IMG/VR virus record: IMGVR_UViG_3300030433_001013
Location: 1 to 34,285 of that record
DNA length: 34,285 nt
Origin: a virus
Taxonomy: Duplodnaviria > Caudoviricetes
Strand: one strand, 5' to 3'
How positions within the stretch are numbered: the first letter of the stretch is position 1; each line of letters opens with the position of its first letter. The notes under the pieces were generated by a model. The model saw only the letters and a list, made by a program, of their open reading frames with translations. It was not told where the DNA came from and made no database searches. The translations under genes were made by a program, and so were the position numbers. This document shows, one piece after another, positions 20,836 through 30,700 of this stretch.

Positions 20836-21723
20836 ATGATAACAAATGACGAATTAAATTTATCTATGAAGGAAGGTGCTGAACAGCAGCTAGATCTTAC
20901 AGATAAAGAATATGCTATACTTTCTGAAAAATACATGAAAAGAAAAATGGATTATGCTGCGGCTAAAAATGATACGCAAGGTAACATGGTTAAAGAGATG
21001 ATTAATAGAGAAGTGCAGGCAGATAAAAAATTTTTAACTAAAGCATTAGATTTAAAAACAAACATAACATCTACTCTTAGTAATGCTAGAGAATTTGGTC
21101 ATAACCCGACAGCTAAGCTTGGTAAAGAGAACGCGTATTTTTTGTCTACTATTGTAAAAGACGAAGTTGAATTACAATTTAAAGATAAAAAAGCAGGATA
21201 TGTAATGGCTAATGGTAATTTTATGTCTCTTGATGAAATACAGTCTCAATTAATTGATGCTAACAAACTTGATGAAACAGCAAAAAAGGGCATGCAAGCT
21301 ATTATTGATGATTCAATAAGACAAGCCCAAGATGTTTTACCAGGACAAAATTCTAAATTTAATTATCAAAAAGAATTTAATAATATAAAAAACAAAATAG
21401 TAAATGTTTCAAATTTAAACTCTTTAGCTAATGATAGAATATTTGGCAATAGAGTTTTTAAAGAAGATTTAACTTCAGCTATAACATTAGGTACATATAA
21501 AAATATGGGTTTAACAGAAGATCAAGTGTTTGGTTTAGACCCAACTAAAGATGGCAATATATCAACCGAAGATGCTGTTGTTATAACTTCTGAAATAATG
21601 AAAAATGAGGACTTATTAAAAGATTATTTAGCTGAATATTTTACAAAAGCCGTCGAGCAAAACTATAATAATAATTTAAGTGAAGACGTAAAACAAAACG
21701 ATCCATATGAATTTATGAGATAA
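20836..21723 (+). CDS. Putative internal virion protein
   Basis: 295 aa, helical, between two ejection-type genes; carries an EF-hand-like DPTKDGNISTED loop. Confidence 0.5.
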   Translation: MITNDELNLSMKEGAEQQLDLTDKEYAILSEKYMKRKMDYAAAKNDTQGNMVKEMINREVQADKKFLTKALDLKTNITSTLSNAREFGHNPTAKLGKENAYFLSTIVKDEVELQFKDKKAGYVMANGNFMSLDEIQSQLIDANKLDETAKKGMQAIIDDSIRQAQDVLPGQNSKFNYQKEFNNIKNKIVNVSNLNSLANDRIFGNRVFKEDLTSAITLGTYKNMGLTEDQVFGLDPTKDGNISTEDAVVITSEIMKNEDLLKDYLAEYFTKAVEQNYNNNLSEDVKQNDPYEFMR

Positions 21724-21761
21724 TTAATACATTTTATTAACGGGTAACTAACGAAACAGTC

Positions 21762-24700
21762 ATGGCAGATTTAAAAAACTTGGACACATATATGGTTATT
21801 ATAAACGGTAAACCATATAAAAAACATATTTATAAAAATAACGAACAGCAAAAAAATCAATTATTAAAACAACATCCCGATGCTAAATTAGTTCTTCCAG
21901 AAACTTTTGAGCCGGGAAAGTCGACAGGGGCGAATCAGCCCCAAAAAAATCAAAAAACAAATACGGTATCATCCTCGGTAAATATTTCTTCGGATTCCAG
22001 TCTTGAAGAAATATTTAAGTCCGCTAAACAAAACGTACTTTTACCTGAAGATACAGGTGATGTAGGCGCTAGAGTAGTAACTACACTTGGAGATGATGCA
22101 ATGCAAGAACTTAGAAAACGTGCTAATTCTAATAACATAGAAACTACTGTAATAAATCCTGAGCTTAAAGATAAAAGTGGTGTAGAAAAAACCTTTTCAA
22201 GACTTTATACTATTGAAGGCTTTGGAACGCGAACTGTAAAAACTTTAGAAGAAGAGCAAAAAATGTTTTTAGAGTTTCGTGATCAAAATAAATATGGCTT
22301 CCCTGTATTAAAAAAATCAACTACTGTATATGAAGATTTAGCTAAAAAGTTTGAAGAAAAATATGAAGATGATGATATCCAATCTTCCATCATAAAAAAA
22401 GAAACTAAAGTAGATGAAAATTTTTTTAAATACCACAATAATCCTTCAGCTCACCAAGGTGGTAAAGATAATGAATTTGGTTGGGACTATGTTTTATCTC
22501 AGCCTGATGGCCGCGCTGCTGACATATTAAGCAAGATGTATGATTATGATACTGATGGAGACGGAGTAAATGACTTTCAATTTAGATCAGTGGCTATAGG
22601 TGCAAATTCTGTTGAGATAACCGCGCCTAATGGTCAAAAAAAAAGAGTATCAACTAAATGGCCAAATAATGAAAAGAAACGTAATACTATTAAAGGTATT
22701 AAAGCTTGGATGGAAAACAACAAGATCGTTGTAGACAAAAAAGAAAAAGGAACTTTGATAGTGCGAGAAATGGATGAAACAGTTGACAACGCTCAAAATG
22801 AGTTTGATGAAGCAGAGTCAACAGATAAAAAAGGTAATTTAGAAAACCAAAAACTTATAACAACAGAAGTTGAAAATAGCTTTTTTGAATCTTATTATAA
22901 TGATGGTAAGCACTCTATTCAAATGGAAGAAGTATTAAGAGATTTTGCTATAAAAGATTATATAAAAGAAAAAAAAGAAAATAAAGATTTTGACCTTGAC
23001 ATATTTAAAAGCATGCACAAGGATGGAACTCTTTATAAAGATGAAGAATATAATAAACATTATAAAAATAAAGAAAAAGAATACAAGCAATCAATTGATA
23101 AAAGACTTAATATTTTAAGCTCATATACTATTGGAGATATTGATAAAGAAGAATATTTAAAACAAATAGAAAAGCTAAACGATCCTTATTATAATTCTTT
23201 ACAAGATAGCATGAAGCAAGGCTATGTAAAGAAAAAAATACAAGATTACGTTGATTTATCAATTAGAGACACTGATGAATCTAAAGAAGAAATTATACCT
23301 ATATTAAAAGACATCCAAAAAAATGCGCGTTTTAAATTAGAAAGAGACAAAGAAAAAGTTTTAGAAATTTCAAAATCTTTAGAAAGTGTTAACTCTGTTA
23401 TAAAATCAAATAGAGAAGAACAAAAAAAAATAAATACAATTCTTGAAGAAGCAACTAAAAATAGTGGCATAATTTCTGCAGAAAAACAAAAAAAAGAATA
23501 CGAAGATTTATTTAAAAATAGTGGACTTCATACTGAAGAAATTGTAAATGCAAATATAGAAAAGATTACAGCAAACCTTCCTAGCGAAGAAGATTTTTTA
23601 AAAGGAGTTGAGGAAATAAAAGCTAAGTTTCCTAAATTTCAACAAAACCTACAGCAACAATTAAATAATAATCTTATTTCATTAGATCAAGCTAATGCTA
23701 GACTAAAAGACTACGAAGAAGAAATAAATAGAGAGTTAAGTATATATCAAGATAATTATAATAAAAAAGTAACTGTAATTCAAGAAGAGCTTAATAGATA
23801 TATTGATGATCAAACTTCTAAAGGCGAAGCATATACAAAAGAATTTAATATAATTAAAGATAGAAATGAAGCTGCTTTAGAAAAATATAAAAATGAAATT
23901 TTTGAAAAAACTGGACAAACCCCAGAAGATTTAAATAAAAAATTTACTTCTCTTGAAAATAAAAATAAAAACTTATCTAATAGTTATAAAGCTCAGTATG
24001 AATTACTTGATGAGTTATTAGAAGAAACAGACGACTTATCTATGTCTATGTTGGGCTTTGAAATGAAAGAGGAAGAAGCTTATAGGCAAGTTTCTTATAA
24101 TGGATTAGCTAATCTTGCCTCTGTAACGCTTGAGTTTTTTTTAGAAGGAGCGGGTCACTCGTTGCAGTACTTAGCAGATGGTAAAGATTTTATAATTGAC
24201 AAAGGTGGTGACTTAATAGGATTAAGCGAAGATACAAAAAAAATAATATCTCAAAACACTTATTTGCTTGGTAAATATTCTCTTTTTGATTCAGACGGGA
24301 TAATGTCACAAAATGGAAAAAGCGCTTGGAGCAGAACAATAAGAAATATAGATAATTGGCAAGAAAAAACTTATAAATCTGTAATTGAAAGGCCTGTTAC
24401 TATTGAAGAAGCTAGAACTACTGGTAACTGGCTAGACTATACAAACACTTTATTTATTGATCAAGTGCCAATATTGTTAACGATTTCCATGACAGGCGGT
24501 TTATCAGGATTAGCAGCCTTGAGTCTTAATGCAGCTGGTCAAGATTATTATGAAAAAAATAAAAGCTTAGATTTATACGAAAGAACAGGAGGCTTGTATG
24601 GTAATAATTATAGTATGTCTCAAATGCTAGTTGCGTCTACAGTAAACGGTATAGCTGAAGGTGCTTTTGAATATACTACAGCTAAAATACTTGGTAAAAC

Positions 24701-27700
24701 AGGTTCTATATTAGGATTAGGTGGTAAAGGTACTAAAGTTGCTGGAAAACAAATTTTAGCTAATTATACTAAAAATAGTTTATTAAAAGGATTTAATCCT
24801 AAAGTTTTATTTAGAGGTGTTGGAGGCGTATTATTTGAGCAATTTGAGGAAGGTCTAGCTGAATCATTTACTTCAATGACGCAAAATTTTTCTAACATAG
24901 TGTTTGCTAAAGAAGGAGACTTAACTTTAGCAAATATTTTTGATGGTGTAGACGAAGCTTTTATAAGCGGAGCTTTAATAGCTGGAACTTTACAAGCGCC
25001 TAGGGTTGGAGGCTTAGCGTTATCTCCATTTTCTTCTCCAGATACTAAAAGTGCTATCAATTATAATACTGATAGATTAAATCAAATTGCTAAAGAAATA
25101 GATACTGAAAATAGTAAAAAGTCACCTGATTTAAAAAAGATAAAAGACTTAAATAAACAATACGCAGAATTAGTAGATGTTAATGGTAAGTTAATAGAGT
25201 TAGATATAAAAAGAGTTGACTTGTTAAGTAATTCTGAAAAAAAGACTTTAATAGAAATAGAAAGAAAAAACAACAATAGTAGAAAACAAGTTAAAGATAT
25301 ATTAAAAGATGATTCTTTAACTAAAGAGCAGAAAAAAACAAAACTAGATAAAATAAAAAATGAAGTAAATTCTAGATCTAAACAAAAACAAGACATACTA
25401 AAAAAATACCCACCAAATGTTGTTGATAAAAACTACAAACAACAAATAAATACTTTAAGAAAAATGTCTAAGCTAGCCGAAAAGTATGGTGGTGTTGCAA
25501 CTAGAATTGTAATAGAAAAAACCGAAGACAATTACAAAGAGCGATCTAAAAAGTATAAGGCTAAAGAAAAAGGAAAGACTAGTGCTCAAGTTGAAAGTAA
25601 CGCTGCTCACTTTGATGCAATGATAGAAGGTCTTAATGATGTAATAAATGATCCAGACGCTACGCCAGAAGAAATACAATCTGCTAAAGAATTAATTAAA
25701 GACGCTGAAAATCAAGTTAGATTATCAAATAACATATTACAAACTGATAGCTATGGTGTAATGCAACCTATATTTGAAGGTGGTAAAATAGTTGGTATGG
25801 ATATTGTTTTAAATGAACAGGCTATAGTTAAAGATGGTATGTTTAACACAGCTGCTCACGAATTTATTCATGCTACGTTTCGTAATACTTTAAAAGCTGA
25901 TCCTGAAATGAGGGAAATATTAGGTACTCAGCTTGATAACATATTAAGTGGTGACGATGTTCAATTTAAGCCTGGAAAAAGATCAGAGTTTTTAAGAAAA
26001 GTAAAAAGTTATCCAATAGATAAACAAGGAGAAGAGGCTATGGCCATTGCTTCTGAAATGATGTTTAATGGCGATATTAAATTTAACCAGGCTCTTGGAG
26101 ATAAATTAATTGGAGTATGGAGAAGGTTTGCGCAGTTTCATTTAAAAAGAGATATAAAGTTTAATAACCAAAATGACATTAAAAACTTTTTAATAGATTA
26201 TCATAAATCTATTAGTAACAATAGAGTTAATCCTGCTATAGCTAGAATGATGGCTAAAGGAGCTAAAGGAAAAATGTTTAAAGATGCTAGAACTAAAAAG
26301 CAAAAAGATTCAGAGTCTATGTTTAGTTTAGCTATTAAAAAGAATTTAGACTCTAATCCTGATTTAAAAGATTCATTTGATAATTTTGTACAAAACGATG
26401 ACGGATCACCAAAGCATAGAAGCTTAGATGATTTTAGAGCGTCACCTGAGTTTCATGAAGGTTATAATAAAATAGTTGATAGTAAATTATTAGATGGTCT
26501 TATAAGACAAGGTATGACAGAGTTAGGATTACCTGCTGAAGCATTAAAAGACTTTACTAGAAAAGTAAAAGAAGAAATAGGTATTAGATACTTAAGTAAT
26601 TACGACGTTACTAAAAATGATAGTTTATTTGGTTGGTTAACAGGTATTTCTGGTGGTGCTGGTAGGTCTATTATATACAGAGCTAAAGGTGATGTAATGA
26701 AACAATATACTAGAGAAGGTAGAGCGCAAGATGTTTCTATAGATAAACAAATAGGTGAAGCTGGTACTATAGCTGATGTTATAAAAGCAGATAAAGATGC
26801 TTTGATGGATCAGATAGATAATGTTGATATGACGCCAACTAGAAAGCGTGATTTAAAAAATACTATACAAGATTTAAAAATGGCAATGGAAATACTTAAC
26901 TTGCCAAATGATGTTAGACAATCTATAATAGAAACCGTAAATGCAGCAGATGTTGATTTAAAAGGATTATCATATAAAGGTATACGTGATTTATTAATAT
27001 CTACAGAAACAAAAGCTACAACAGAAAAGAAAGCTACACCAACAGGACCATTATTTGGAGTATTAAATGCAATAGCTGCAGAGTTTGGTATTGATCCATT
27101 AAGAATATTAGCTAAACAAGATTTGAGCTCGGAGCAAAGAGTAGCTGCACAACAATACATATTTAACAAAGCTGTAAACGAAGATGGAACTCTTAATAAA
27201 GATTTTGTTGACATGTTGCCTGAAGGTCAAGACAGAAGCGGTAGATCAACTGGTATAGCTAATACAAAGCTTGGAGAGTTTTATACTAAAGGTCAAAGAG
27301 CTAAAATGAGAGCTGGTGCTACAGCTGCTGGTTTAGCTACACAAACAAAAAGAACTAATATAACTAAAGCAGAGTTTTTAAACCTGTTTGGTATAAATCA
27401 AGATGGCACTTTGCAGCCAGGCAGAAAGGCTGATGGTGCTATAAGAGAATTAGTAGTACAATTATCTGCACTAACAGCTAATCAACAAATAAGAATAAAT
27501 GCGGTTAATAATAGTATTGCTGCTGAGTCTGATATTGCTCGTATTAGAGATGGCATGTCAGAGTCTATGTTTAGTGAGAAATTAAATAACAACGAGGGTA
27601 ATATAGAAGGTGGTAACTTATTTCAAAAATTAACTAATTTACAAAAACAAGATCAAAAGAAACATTTAAATATCCCTTATATTGTAGGCGTTATAGGTAA

Positions 27701-30700
27701 CGTAATTGATGACTCTGGTAATGTTGTGAAGCTCGGCCAGTTTGCAAAGCAAGATAAGAAAGGTGCATATAAAGGTTTTAAAATGATAGATCTTGACGCA
27801 CCATATATAGATGTTAATGGCAAAAAGACTAATATAACAACAGGCGAATACTTAAAAAAAGTAATTAAAAAAATTTTAGAAATAGACCCTAGGGCTTGGC
27901 AAGTTTTATTTACTAACATGACTGGTAGCGTTAAACGCCAAAGTTTAATGACTAGAGCACATTTTATAAAAGAGTATGGACCAGATCCTACTTTAGATAA
28001 AAATGGTAAATATAATGAAGCTAAATACGGACCACCTTTATTTGTTGATAGAATTAAATATACAGATAAACCAAAAGGTAGCTCTATTCCTGTGCAAGAT
28101 AAACAAGTTATTGATAATTACAAAGAAAGCGATTATAAACGTAAAATACCTGCTTTAATAGAAACATTTAAAGTATTTGAAAGACTATTAGACCCTGTTA
28201 ATGGCAACCCTGAGTATCATGATTTTTTAGCTTTAATGATATCTGATACAATTAACAATACTGCTAGTGGTGCTACTAGGATTGCAGCGCCAACTTACTT
28301 TGTATTAATAAATCCAATTACCGGTAAAATTGATTATATAACTGAAGTTGTAGAAGAACACGCTACACCTCAAAAGAAATTAGTTGCTAACGTTTTATTT
28401 AACGCAGCTAAAGCTGGAGCAGTCGACCAAGTAGCCCCATTAATAGAGTCCTATTTTAAACAAGGTGGTTTAGCTAAATTAGATGATATAGCTGTAGGTC
28501 AAAACTACGGATCAGATATGCCTGCAGCTTTTTATAATTCTATAATACCTATGTTGCAAAGCGGTACATTTCCTAGCGATTTAAAAGATTTTGCATTTTT
28601 AATTAGGTATTCTAGCCCTCATAAAATTAAAAGCAAAGAAGCAGCAACTGCTTTAGGCGTAGAAGTAGGAGATACTTATCATATAAATCTTAATAAATAT
28701 GTTGTATTAGCAGGCAAGCACAAAGGTAAAACTTTTACTGAAGTATTTGGTGTAGGCATGAAAGGTGAAACTTCACCTGAAATAAATGCGATTCAAAATG
28801 AATTAATAAATCTAGTTTTAACTGGAGAAATAACAACAGAACAAGCTAAATCTGAGTTTGATAGATTAGTTCCTGAAAACGTTAAATCTTATTATCAAGG
28901 ATTACAAAAAGATAAAATAAAAATTGAAAACGAAATAGAGCAACAAAGGCTTGAGCGTGAGTCTAGTGAAATGATGTCTAGTAAAAAGACACCTAAAGTA
29001 CAAGGTTTATCTGTGTTTGATTTTGATGACACATTAGGTATAACTAAATCAGGGGTTTTAGTCAAAGTACCTAATTTAGATGGTGATCCTAAACCTAATC
29101 GTAAAGTTGTATTTTTAGCTGGTGGTGCTGGTAGTGGTAAATCAAACGTTGTTAAAAAATTAAAATTACAAGGACAAGGTTTTAAAATAGTAAACTCTGA
29201 TATATCGTTAGAGTGGTTAAAGAAAAACTCAGGTTTACCAGCTGATATGAAAGACTTAACTAAAGAACAACGTAGCACACTTGGCAAGCTAGGCGCTGAG
29301 TCTAGAAAAATAGCTAGGCGTAAAATGATGAAATATCAAGGTAATGGTAACGGCGTTATTATTGATGGAACTGGTGGCTCAATGAAACAAATGCAAAAAC
29401 TAGTAAAAGAGTTTCAAGATAAAGGTTACGATGTTAGTATGTTGTTTGTAGAGACCTCTTTAGAGACTGCATTAGATCGTAATAGGAAAAGAAAAGAAAG
29501 AACTTTACTAGATAGTATAGTTAAGCGTAATCATGAATCAGTACAAAACAATAAGCAAGGTTTTAAAGAAATGTTTGGCGATAACTTTATGGAAGTTAGC
29601 ACTGATAACTTAACCGTTAACGACCCTATGCCTATTGAGCTAGTTTCTAAAATGAACGCGTTTACAACTAGTTATGAAAAGCTTAGAATAGATGCTACTG
29701 AGTTTGCTGAGCAAGGCGACGCTTTATTAGAACAGGGTGCTGAGTTTGACTTTACTGAGTTTGATCAAGTAGTTGAAGGTAGACCAGGACCGTTGCTTGG
29801 TAAAGCGTTGGAAAGAGCTAAAAAATACGGGACTAAAGATATATTTGTTTTAACAGCTAGAACACAAAAGTCAGCTGAAGCAATACAACAGTTTTTAAAA
29901 TCACAAGGTTTAGATATACCTATAGAAAATATAACTGGATTAGCTAATAGCACGGGTGATGCTAAAGCTCAATGGATGTTAGGTAAATTTGCAGAAGGAT
30001 ATAATGATATGTATTTTGCTGATGATGCTTTACAAAATGTTGAAGCTGTAAAAGAAGTGTTAAACCAATTAGACATTAAATCAGATGTTGTACAAGCTAA
30101 GCTAGATCAAACAAACAGAATAGTTGAAACAGATAGCGAGAGCATGGAAAGTAAGATTATTGAACCAGATATCAACGATCCTAATAGAAGAGATCCTATT
30201 GATAAAGAGTTTAATGATATGATTGAGCGTAAGAAAAAAGTTGATTCAGCTAAAATATTTACAGAAGCTGAAGCTAGAAAAAGAGGTAGCGAAGGTAACA
30301 TAGCTAGATTTATAAAAAGCTTATACATACCACCATCAGCAGAAGACTTTAAAGGTTTATTATATTACTTTGTTGGTAAAGGAAAGCAAGGTGATTTAGA
30401 TTTAAAGTTTTTTAAAGAAAAACTTCTTGATCCATTTGCTAAAGGTATAAGGTCATGGAACGCTTATAAGCAAAACATGGTAGTAGAGTACAAGGCTTTA
30501 AATAAAAAATTTAAAGATGTTGTAAAAAGTTTAAATGAAAAAGTTCCTGGTAGTGTATTTACAGTTGACAACGCTATAAGAGTTTATTTATATGACAAAG
30601 CTGGGCATAGTATACCTGGTATTTCAGAAGCTCAAAAAAGAAAACTAATAAAACACGTTGAATCAAATCCGTCATTGCAAGCTTACGCAGATGGCTTGTC

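Noticed and set aside
22986-23000. DFDLD in the giant protein, resembling the DFDID catalytic motif of crAss-type virion RNA polymerases
   Set aside because: It lies in a K/E-rich helical region, lacks the preceding Gly context and shows no surrounding beta-barrel pattern; most likely chance.
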